Origin: Sminthopsis crassicaudata
Taxonomy: Eukaryota
Length of the DNA stretch: 64,000 nt
Assembly: GCF_048593235.1 (NCBI RefSeq)
Contig: NC_133618.1
Location: forward strand, 46,100,478-46,164,477
Reading direction: 5' to 3'
Each line of letters starts with the position of its first letter. Within the stretch, counting starts at the first letter, position 1. The translations under genes and the position numbers were made by a program. Below, one piece after another: positions 1-9,539 of this stretch. The notes beneath the pieces were generated by a model. It saw nothing but the letters and a program-made list of their open reading frames with translations. It searched no databases and was not told the DNA's origin.

Positions 1-785
1 CTTAGACAATCAACAAAACGATAAAGCAGACCTGATTTGTAAGTTGACTGATTTCCAAAGAGCACATAAATTCTCATAATAGATGTTTAATAATAAGCTT
101 TCTCCAGATGGTTTGAGCTGGCTCCAGCATCCGCCTGGTTTCCTGGGTCTATTCCTTTCAGTAAAAGTCAGTTTTCTGTACTTTTTTTCCTTTTTAATCA
201 ACATTTGCCTACCTGACATTCTAGCTTGTAAGGATACTAATGTGATCTGCTGAACTGACATGAATGAAATTTCTAATTTTCTTTTTTTTTTACTATAACA
301 TGGCAAACAAATATGAATATTTCCGTCTATCAAGAATAGAAAAATATTGTCTATGACATGGTGAATCTCTATATAATAATTCTGTTTCTGAGTAAAATAC
401 ATTATAATCTTTTTCAACACTGTCTAACTTGTCCATGCCCTCTTCTGAATCTCCTTCTCTTTTCTACCATGTATTTTTTTTTAATTTTCACGGATGGTCT
501 TTTCTTGCTATGGGGGAAGGGGAATTACTATTTCCCCTAAAAAAAAAATCACTCCCTAGAAATAAAAGGTGTAATCAAGCAAAATAAACCAATATTTGCA
601 TTTCAAAGAGAACTTTCTGGAGATTTTTCATCTAAAGGAAATATTCTAACCGTAGATGATTCACAGATTATAATACAAAGTATTTGGGAGTACAGATGAG
701 TCTCTGGCACTCTTTAAATCTACCCTTTATGTGGGGCTGTACATGTTAATATGTGAATGCTATTAATTTAAAATAATATAATCTT

Positions 786-1338
786 TTTTAATAGTTTTTA
801 TTTACTAAACATATGCATGGGTAATTTTACAACATTGACCATTGCCAAACCTTTTGTTCCAACTTTTCCCCTCCTTCCCCCTCCCAGATGGCAGGTTGAC
901 CAATACATGTTCAATATGTTAAAGTATAAATTAAATACAATATATGTATACATGTCCAAATAGTTGTTTTGCTATACAAAAAAGAATTGGACTTTGAAAT
1001 AGTGTACAATTAGTCTGTAAGGAAATCCAAAATGCAGGCGGACAAAAATAGAGGGATTGCAAATTCTTTGTAGAGGTTCATAGTCATCTCCCAGAGTTCT
1101 TTCTCTGGGTATAGCTGGTTCCATTAATTACTGCTCTATTGGAACTGACTTGGTTCATCTCATTGTTAGAGAGGGCCTCATCCATCAGAACTGATCATCA
1201 TACAGTATTGTTGTTGAAGTATACACTGATCTCCTGGTCCTGCTCATTTCACTCAGCATCAGTTCATGTAAGTCTCTCCAGGCCTCTCTGAAATCTTCCT
1301 GCTGGTCATTTCTTAAAGAACAATAATATTCCACAATA
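786..1338 (-). mobile_element. L1 3' end (5'-truncated) with 17-bp TSD
   Basis: Antisense marsupial-type L1 3' UTR with T-rich tail. TAAAATAATATAATCTT is repeated at 769-785 and 1339-1355. Confidence 0.9.
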
Positions 1339-1654
1339 TAAAATAATATAATCTTGATAGATCATTATTTTAAAATTTTATACGTTTTAGATTTTGATGT
1401 CCTGGGCCAAAGCCCAGTGCCTCCCATAGTAGTCTTTTCATTTCTTTTTTAACATAACTGCCTCAAAAAATGCAACTAAAGAAAATAAGAGAGTATATAA
1501 GTTTTACACAAGGGGAAAAAATTAATTTCCCTAAAATCAGTAGATGTACTCTTCTTTCATCATCTCTAGGAAGGTCTATTGAAGAAAATATAGTGATTTC
1601 TAAGGATGTAATTAATACTAGTGACATATTTTATCTACATATAGCCTCTTCTAT

Positions 1655-1770
1655 TAAAATGTAAGATCCTTGAAGGCAAGGCTCCTGATTTTGTCTTTCT
1701 TTGTATCTCTAGCACTTAGCACAGTGCTTGACACATAGTAAACACTTAAGTGCTTATTGAATGATTTGAT
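1655..1770 (+). mobile_element. L2 3' end fragment
   Basis: Typical L2 terminus: GTAAGATCCTTGAAGGCAAGG...CTTAGCACAGTGCTTGACACATAGTAAACACTTAA plus TGATT tail. Confidence 0.75.
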
Positions 1771-2103
1771 TAAGTGAATGATGTGTTGACATCAACAATG
1801 ATGAGCCAACTGGAGGAAAAAAGTGAAAAGCAGGGCATCCTCAGATGGACAGTCTTCATTTAAGCATAACCACAACATATGCACGCAGAATCCTACTCTT
1901 TATTAAAATGCATAAAGCAGCCAGAAGCAGAGACACCAATAAATTCTTCTGTATAAGCAGAATATTTTTAATGGCTCCCTGAACACTAATAACTACTGCC
2001 CTCTTATGTGTACTTGACTCTGTTTAACCTTTTACTGGTGCTTTTTAACTTCTCCAACTCAGGTACTAATATGGAACTAATGTGGGGTTTATTTTCCCTA
2101 TAG

Positions 2104-2160
2104 GAATAGCAGAAAGAGCACTGCACATTATCATAAGCACATGAGATCCTTCCAGCAACG
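2104..2160 (+). other. Candidate 57-nt plus-strand exon
   Basis: ACTAAT branch-like motif, TTTATTTTCCCTATAG acceptor, ACG|GTAAGA donor. One open frame. No transcript evidence. Confidence 0.25.
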
Positions 2161-2350
2161 GTAAGACTTGACATCAAAGCATCTGTATTATGGCACAGGG
2201 AAAGAATTTAATAACAATTGCAAGGCTAAGCATTCTTAGTTTTTAAACATCAGATAGTTCATTGAATATTTGTCATGGGGAAAAAAATAGTACTAGCCAA
2301 GCAAAGGAACCGGCAAGATAACATAGAGACATCTCTTTAGTAGCAGATGT

Positions 2351-2464
2351 CAATTTCCAGGCAACGGATTCCTACTCCACATGTGATGGGAGCCCATCAT
2401 GACCCGCCATTCAACGGGCAGCCAGCAAGAGCAAAGCAGAAGGAGTTCAGGCGGCTGGAAATTG
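2351..2464 (-). ncRNA. Candidate structured RNA / conserved stem-loop element
   Basis: Perfect 10-bp closing stem CAATTTCCAG/CTGGAAATTG enclosing two inner hairpins. 4 CpGs in 114 nt. G-U pairs extend a stem on the minus strand. Confidence 0.35.
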
Positions 2465-2617
2465 TAAAATCTAAATGTAGAAGGCAAGAGGTGATGGCAT
2501 AAGTCTGTTTCTATCAACCAAATATCTCTATCTGACACAGTCTTTGTGTGCTGAGATCTTGAAATATGTTCAAGCATATCCCAGGATCAGCATTTTTGCC
2601 TAATTTTTAATCTTCAT

Positions 2618-2698
2618 TTAAGTATTTGGTTGTGGGGTTTTTTGTCTTTTCTTCCTTTTTTGCTGTTTGCAGGATGGTGAAGAACACCCAAAACACTC
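2618..2698 (-). other. Candidate minus-strand exon start (acceptor at 2698; 3' end undefined, shown to first in-frame stop)
   Basis: Minus strand ATTTTGTTTATTTTTGCTATAG|GAGTG is a strong acceptor. No clear donor found downstream. Confidence 0.3.
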
Positions 2699-2817
2699 CT
2701 ATAGCAAAAATAAACAAAATACTTTCCCCCCTGACATTTAACTGCCTCAGGTTTTTGTCCCCCCCCTTTTTTTGTTTTCCTTAACTAAGAAGGTTGCCCC
2801 CTAGCATCCTGACATAC

Positions 2818-2861
2818 TGTACTTGTGTTCTGACGGCATTAATCCGTGTCCTGCTGAGCTG
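2818..2861 (-). other. Candidate 44-nt minus-strand exon (NAGNAG acceptor)
   Basis: Minus strand TTCTTCTCTCTGCAG|CAG...GTACA|GTATGT, followed by a 119-nt intron to the 2698 acceptor. Confidence 0.35.
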
Positions 2862-3299
2862 CTGCAGAGAGAAGAATTCATTTGACACCAGCAGGGAGAA
2901 GACAGAGGGAAAAATTAAGAGCAAATGCATAAAGAAATAAATAATTTAAATAACAGGGAAGGAGGGAAGCGAGAACAAAGCATAGTGAGCATATGTGTTC
3001 ACTACTACACATGAGCACACAAATGAGAGCATGAGAAAAATGATATAAAAGAGGGAGGAACACGAAACAACAAATACTATCAGAAGGGAAAACTACTTTA
3101 TCATTAGCCTATGAAATAGCTACTACACTGGTTTCTATCAGGGTCCTGTTGCAGCACCACATCTGAAGTAAGAAATAGTCCATCATTTCCACTAAAAGAA
3201 GCCTCCACTCCTAGGCACTCTTCGACAATAACTATTTTCAACAGGGCTCCTGGCATGCTGCTGCTGAGCTGAACTTGCAATTGCTTTGGGTATAGGAAG

Positions 3300-3995
3300 A
3301 TAAAAGAAATAACAAATCTGAAGAATTCAGACAACCATGAGAAGACTTGCATGAACTGGTTGTGAATGAAGAACCGGAACAATTAGACAATGACAACCAT
3401 GAGTAGAACCAAGGGAATATTATGCACAACAAGAGCAAGATCAAACAATGATCAATTCTGATGGATGTGGCTCTTTTCTGCAGCAAGGTGATTCAGGCCG
3501 GTTCCAATGGTCTTGTGATGGAGAGAGCCATTTGCACCCAGAGAGATGATGTGGGGACTGAGAGTGGATCACAATATAATGTTTTCACCATTTGTGTTAC
3601 TATTTGCTTTTTTTGTTTTCTTTCTAATTTTTTTCCTTTTTTGAACTAATTTTTCTTGTGCATATAATTGTTATGGAAATATGTATTTAAAAAATTGCTC
3701 AACACCAGCCCTGAAGTCAGGAGGACCGGAGTTCAAATCTGGTCTCAGACACTTAACACTTCCTAGCTGTGTGACCCTGGGGTTACTTAACCCCAGCCTC
3801 AGAAAAAATAAATAAATAAATAAATATTAAAAATTGCTCATGTTTAACATAGATTACTTGCCTCTAGGGGAGGAGGTAAGGGGAAGGGAGGGGGGAAAAA
3901 TTTGGAACCCAAGGTTTTGCAAAGGTGAATGGTGAAAATTTTCTATGCATATGTTTTGAAATAGAAAACTTTAATAAAAATAAGTAAATAAATAA
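3300..3995 (+). mobile_element. L1 3' fragment interrupted by a SINE
   Basis: L1 3' UTR motifs (GAAGACTTGCATGAACTG, CAATGATCAATTCTGATGGA) and A-rich tail near 3990. Confidence 0.85.
3702..3828 (+). mobile_element. 5'-truncated WSINE1-type tRNA SINE
   Basis: B-box GGAGTTCAAATC, body CAGACACTTAACACTTCCTAGCTGTGTGACCCTG, (TAAA)n tail. TSD AAAAATTGCTCA at 3690-3701 and 3829-3840. Confidence 0.9.
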
Positions 3996-5114
3996 TAAAA
4001 AGAGAAAGACATCTTAATCAGCAGAGTACTAGCACATGGTTAACAATGGTTTCTTGGGGGAGAAGGGAATGTACACAAGAAGCAAAATTAAGTTTAACCT
4101 GCATTATTCTTTCTTAAGTCTAGTCAATCAGTCAACTAAAAAATAAATCAAACCCTGGTTTGTAGCCTTTACCCAGGTGTAAATTAAATGTTCACATGGA
4201 AAATTTAACAATTGGTTCCAGCTGGCTCTAGCACCCTAAGCATAATATAAATGACAATAACACTAAAGTCAGTAAAAAGCAAATGAATTACAAGGAATAA
4301 TTTTAATCCCAGAGAACACAAGATGAAACAAATCTTATTTTGGTACGCAGATGAGAAACTGCAGGTGTAAAACGATGCATATATATATGGTGGTTGTTTT
4401 TCCCCCCTCATTATCAGAGATAAGGGAGGATATCTACAAATAATTGGGATATTTAGAAATATAGCAATAAAACCTTTGTAAAGGTTTTTAAAACCTGATG
4501 TCTCAACATACATTGCACATTTGGAAAAAAGGAGAAAGAAACAGTCCTCTTCATTTGTGTTGCCTATTGTGTTCATGTGGAAAGGAGACAAGAGGAAAGG
4601 GGATAAACACTGATATAAGCACTTCCTACTAAGCACTTCCTAAAAATTATCTCATTTTATCTTGGGGCCAAACTGAAGCTCCAGATAAACTCATGGAATT
4701 GGGGACAAGTCACTTAGCTTCTCTGAATCTATTTCTTCAACTGTCAAATAAAGAGGCTAGACTAAATGATCAGTCTTTAAAGTTCTTTTAAACTCTAAAG
4801 CCTAGAATTCTAATCAATTAATCTCCATAGTTAGAAATATATCTGAGGTTCTATTGAAAACTTACCCCAACACTCTTCTAAAATTATTATCAGTGAAATT
4901 ACCCTCTCCAATATGTTTTTTTTCTCTTCTACTACTACCTGTAAGAAATTATTTTAAAGGAAATGTTTTACTATAATCGGATTTGCAGAAGATAAAAAGA
5001 TTCTAAGTCCATGAAATGTGTTTCTGTGATGATTTTTTCCTAAAAAGCTCCCTGTTCAATCAGTTACCTAATCTTCCCAACTCCATCTCAACATTTTTTA
5101 TATAGGAATGGGAA

Positions 5115-5360
5115 TAAGCACTTATATAATACCTACTATTTTCCAGGCACTGTGCTAGGTGTTTTACAAATATTATCTCATTTAATCATCACAACAACCT
5201 TGACAGATAGGTTGTGATTATTTCCATTTTAGGAATATTTAGAAATATTCCATGAGGCAGAAAGATGTGAAGTGTGTTGTCCAGGATTCATATAGCTAGG
5301 CAGTGTCTGAAGCTGGTTTTGAACTCAGGTCTTCCTGACTCCAATCTCAATGCTCAATCA
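5115..5360 (-). mobile_element. MIR-family SINE
   Basis: Antisense MIR: TATTATCTCATTTAATCATCACAACAACC...GAACTCAGGTCTTCCTGACTCC. Confidence 0.75.
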
Positions 5361-5374
5361 CAACGAGCTGCTTC

Positions 5375-5750
5375 CCATGCAAATCCTCTCTTCTTCGAGG
5401 ACCATTACCCTAATTCAATTTTTTACCATCTCTCACATGAACTACCTCAAAAAGCTCCTAATTGGTCTCTCTAAATTCACAGCCTTCCCTCTCCAATCTA
5501 TCTATCCCACGATTGCCAAAATAATCTCCCTAAAACATTGGTCTGATAATATCCCTCAAGTTTTTCAAAAATCTTTATTGATTCCGGATACATCTAGATA
5601 AAATACAAACTCTTCCACTTTATTTTAAAAGCTCTTCTTAGTTTACCTTTCTAGGCTTAATGTAAATTGCTCCTCTGTTTTGTCTTCATATCTCTAGCAC
5701 TTAGCACAGTGACTAGTAAATGCTAAGTGCTTAATAAATGTTTATCGAAT
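5375..5750 (+). mobile_element. L2 3' region (internally deleted)
   Basis: Pyrimidine-rich L2 body and terminus CTTAGCACAGTGACTAGTAAATGCTAAGTGCTTAATAAATG. Confidence 0.7.
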
Positions 5751-5789
5751 TGAATTGGATTATGGAATTGTTCAGTTAAATTGCATTGG

Positions 5790-5930
5790 ATTGGAAGGGA
5801 CCTTGGAGATCGTCTAATTCAACTCCCTCATTTTACAAATGAAGACACTTCATCCCAGAGGCTCACTCACAGAAAGAAGTAGAGCTGATATTAAAATTCT
5901 AGGCTCCCTGATCCTAAATTCAGTTCTCTT
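5790..5930 (-). mobile_element. MIR3-like SINE fragment
   Basis: TTGGAAGGGACCTTGGAGATCGTCTAATTCAACTCCCTCATTTTACAAATGAAG. Confidence 0.7.
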
Positions 5931-7442
5931 CAGATTCAGCTCTATACTCTGATTATTGGATAAACTCTTCCAGTTCTCCTTGCCAAGACACTTCTAAGAG
6001 CAGAATTTACTTTTTTAGCTGTATATTATAAATTAAAATAAAAATATTTATAACAAAAACCTATACAATCACTAAAGAATCAAAGAATACAGAGTGTACT
6101 CAACCCAAACATCATACTTCAGGAAAAAAAATATTTACATTTTAAAATGAGAATTATTATTGGGAAAATATTTGATCTTTCACCTTAATAAGGTGAATGC
6201 TATTACCATGGTTACTGACTTTCATTGCAACCTCATTAACCAAATTTTGGCACTGCACAAAATAATTTGATTACTAGTCTAGTCAATGTTCCGCTCTGAA
6301 GATTCATACTATAGATAGGAGCTAGCTGGTGGTGAGTTCTTTTAAGGAAATGGCCTCTTCAGAAAACACCTTTGATAAAAGGGAAAGCCCAAGATGGCCC
6401 CAAGGCCTGAGGGAGTTCATCAATTATTCTATTGTGGTCTTATTCCAATTATGACCTGTGAACTTCACAATTACACAACTTAATTTCTGCCAGAGGGCTT
6501 TCCAGGGGCTCATGAAATATTCCAACATGTGAATTTGCCTGCAGTAAAGTAATAAAGGGTGCCTATGCAAAACTCAATCAATGCTCATCTACCATGACAG
6601 AAAAAAGCTATTAAAGGAATTAACCTCCCCCCCCCAAAAAAAGAAGCAAATAAATCAGGGCCTATTTCATTATTATTGCGATTATAAGGACAATGGTTTG
6701 TTGGCTGATCAAGGCTTCCTTTCAGACAAATCTGTACAGCAAAGATTCCATGACCAGATGTGGAATATTTACTTATGGGATCTCATTGTTTATGACAGGT
6801 CAAGTTAAACAGAAACTGTCTTGTGAATCAACCTCAGTTTTCCCAGCTGCTGATCATATATGCTCCTGTGGACACTTTTTATAAATAGTTTGACCACATT
6901 TGTCACATGTCTGGAAGTTATTTCAGAGACAAAAATGGGGCCATAAGCATCTGGGCCTGGGATTCACAAAAAGATCCCTCATGGGGGAAAGATTAGAATT
7001 CTTCACAATCATAGTAAAGGAAGTTGTTAACTCTGCTATTCCAGACAGAGTACCCTGCCAGGCTGCAGAGGATGACTGGGGAAAGGGGAAGCGGGGGAGC
7101 ATCAGTGAGGAAAATAAAAACCTGAGACTGAAATGTTACAAAAGGAAGAAAGAAATCAGGAGAAAGGAAAAGAGAGTGGCCACATACAAAGCATAGGTAC
7201 GACATAGAGACAGTCGTAACAAGGGGAATTTTTTAATGTAACTTTTAATAAATATTCATTTTTAATACCAGAAAATTCCACTCTCTATAGCCTGTAGATA
7301 TTTATGTTCTCATAAGTCAAAACACATGTGTTATAATAAAGACTCACGGCCTCAGGTGGGCAGTAACACACAGGAGGTATAATTTTCAAAACATACACAC
7401 AAATCCCTTGTCTTAGCTCTTGGTAAACCTACCTATGGAGAA

Positions 7443-7738
7443 TTTTTTGGAGACTGGGTTTCCCCCTTTTGCCCAGGTTAGAAGGTTCTCTCCCACCTCA
7501 CTATTGATCAGTATGAAGACTTTGACCCAAACCATTTCCAACCTGCACCTCCTTTGGTAGCTGTGACAACCCCACGCCCTTACGTAGCATCCCTAGGATT
7601 CACCATCTTGGTGCCAGAGTCAGTACAGATTCCTGATTTGTTTTAATCCTATTGCAGCACAGAACTTCTGAGCTCAAGCCATTATCAGTCTCTGCCTTCC
7701 CGGTAACAGAGATTATAGGAATAAGCCATTATGCCTAT
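7443..7738 (-). pseudogene. Degenerate near-full-length 7SL (SRP RNA) retrocopy / 7SL-derived SINE
   Basis: The reverse complement is colinear with 7SL: GGCTTGAGCTCAGAAGTTCTGTGCTGCA, CACCAAGATGGTGA, CAGGTTGGAAATGG...GGTCAAAG, CTGATCAATAGTG, CCTGGGCAA...ACCCAGTCTC plus A tail. Confidence 0.85.
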
Positions 7739-7799
7739 CTAGACTGAAAAATGGTGAATAAATCCTAGAAGATTTCAAAGGTTCATATAAGCAATTTGA

Positions 7800-8590
7800 A
7801 TGTGGTCAATGAGAACATGGGGAATGGGAGGAAATGCAAAGACATTTCTCTGTTCTCTGCTGAAGGTAATATGCTGGCAGGATTTTCCAGGATTGACTAC
7901 TTAAGAACAGCATTTATCAAATACTTTCTTGATTTCCACATGTCTTTAAAAGATATGAATTCTATACCACAGCAGGTAAAGAAAGTAAAGTAACCCTGTT
8001 CCAGGGTTTTCCCTCACAGAAAGATCGAACATCCTTCATTGACCTAAATTCTGGTCATTACTGAATCACTCTACCCACACATGAAAAATTTGCTGGTGAT
8101 CCTTGATAGTAGAGTTGCTCTTCCAGAGAATGTGGTGCCCTTGTTGAATCATTCCTCACAACCGGTGAAATAAAGGAAGATAGACTACGATATCTAATAT
8201 TATTCAGTCTATTATTTGCAGCTGTGTTCCCGGACATAAAGTATCTGGGAGTTGTAGGACTACAATTGTAGGTAACTGGGAGTACTCAACAGAGGAAAAG
8301 CTTCAAAAGTCCTAAATTAATCATCCAGGAAACATTGCATGTGTTAACGACCATATTCTTAACATACACATGGAATAAGTCCATATGCAACTGATTATAG
8401 GACTCTTCAAAAAATCAATGCAGTGCTAACAATGAGCCAATAGTAAGTCTGAAGACAACTGAGCTCACAAAGCAGCCAACATGCAGAAAATAGTGCACAC
8501 AGTCACAGATCTTCAACAATACAAATAATAAATTTGTCATCAAGATCAACCCTAGCATGCAACTCCGTGATACACTAGTCAACCAAGAAG
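7800..8590 (+). mobile_element. Ancient RTE-clade LINE reverse-transcriptase fragment
   Basis: ORF 7796..7993 contains KCKDISLFSAEGNMLAGF, resembling the RTE RT motif YRGISLLSxxGKxLARI. Downstream degraded RT-like segments are colinear. Confidence 0.55.
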
Positions 8591-8809
8591 CCAAAAAAAA
8601 AAAAAAAAATCAAGAAATCCAAGATGTTCTTTAAGAGTTAACAAAAAGTTTGGAATCAAATACCATGAAAAAAGAAGAGATCTATAAATCAAGGATGTGT
8701 TTGACCTTCCATATGGCTGTGAGAATTAGACCTACCACAAATATTAGATCTGGCTTCCATAAGTTATCAGCTATACATCCTATAGAAATAGTTAATGTTG
8801 TAGTCAGCC

Positions 8810-8960
8810 AGCTAGTCAATAAATATTTATTAAGGACCTACTCTGTGCCAGGGATTGTATTAATTTCTAGGGATAGATAGAAAGAAAGGCAAAAGATGGT
8901 CCCTTCTCTCAAAGAGCTCAAACTAATAGGACAACAGACAGATAATTATGTAAAAACAAG
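8810..8960 (-). mobile_element. L2 3' end fragment
   Basis: AGTCAATAAATATTTATTAAGGACCTACTCTGTGCCAGG...CCCTTCTCTCAAAGAGCTC. Confidence 0.75.
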
Positions 8961-9021
8961 TTGTCATCTATAGTAAATTAGAGAAAATCTGCAAAGGGAA
9001 GTCCCTGTTGTAATACCTAGG

Positions 9022-9465
9022 TGTTAGGATTACTAAGTGAGAACTCGGGTTGTCTGGATAGTGACAAGGTGAGAATTCAGGTTGGACAATTACAAGGTGA
9101 GAACTCAGGTTGACTTGATGGAAGGAGCAGGCTCATTGGCTGAGGTGGTTCTTCCCAGAAGCCCTTGCATTATCCCACGCCCATTCTCTGGGAGGATAAA
9201 AAGCAACAGTGGGCCTGGAAAGTGAGTCTACATGGAGAAGGATAAGAGCTGGAGGAGATTCAAGGAGAAGACTTTGCATTGCATCAGGCTTGACGGGGCT
9301 CTCTGCAGGAAGGGAAGTCACTTCTAAGGACAAGAGTTAACAGCAACTGCCTGGAGACAACGGTTCACTACAGGAAGAAGAATCTGTCTGAGAGATTTGA
9401 GTAGACACAGCAGATCTCTTCCCAGAGAGTGATCCAGCAGCTTCTGGAGACGACAGCTCGTTACA
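9022..9465 (+). repeat. 5' LTR
   Basis: TGTTAGG...GTTACA. 438/444 identical to 9540-9983 by manual alignment. The end may extend to 9471 (TTAACA). Confidence 0.9.
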
Positions 9466-9477
9466 TTAACAAGGATT

Positions 9478-9503
9478 ATTTGGCGCCACGTTGGGCGCCA
9501 AAT
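9478..9503. promoter_or_regulatory. Palindromic tRNA-Lys(CUU)-related primer-binding site
   Basis: ATTTGGCGCC-ACGTTG-GGCGCCAAAT. 9486-9500 (CCACGTTGGGCGCCA) equals the last 15 nt of tRNA-Lys(CUU) including CCA. Confidence 0.8.
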
Positions 9504-9523
9504 GCTGTCCTATGTTCTAAATC

Positions 9524-9539
9524 AAAAGAAAGGGGGAGA
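9524..9539 (+). promoter_or_regulatory. Polypurine tract
   Basis: AAAAGAAAGGGGGAGA directly abuts the TG of the 3' LTR. Confidence 0.9.

Noticed and set aside
10-420. 136-aa minus-strand ORF
   Set aside because: Runs through AT-rich and poly-T sequence, has no recognisable domain and no convincing exon boundaries.
2351-2464. MITE interpretation of the 10-bp terminal inverted repeat
   Set aside because: No target-site duplication flanks the inverted repeat.
5232-5251. Perfect palindrome GGAATATTT-AG-AAATATTCC
   Set aside because: Short AT-rich inverted repeat inside a MIR, consistent with a local template-switch mutation.
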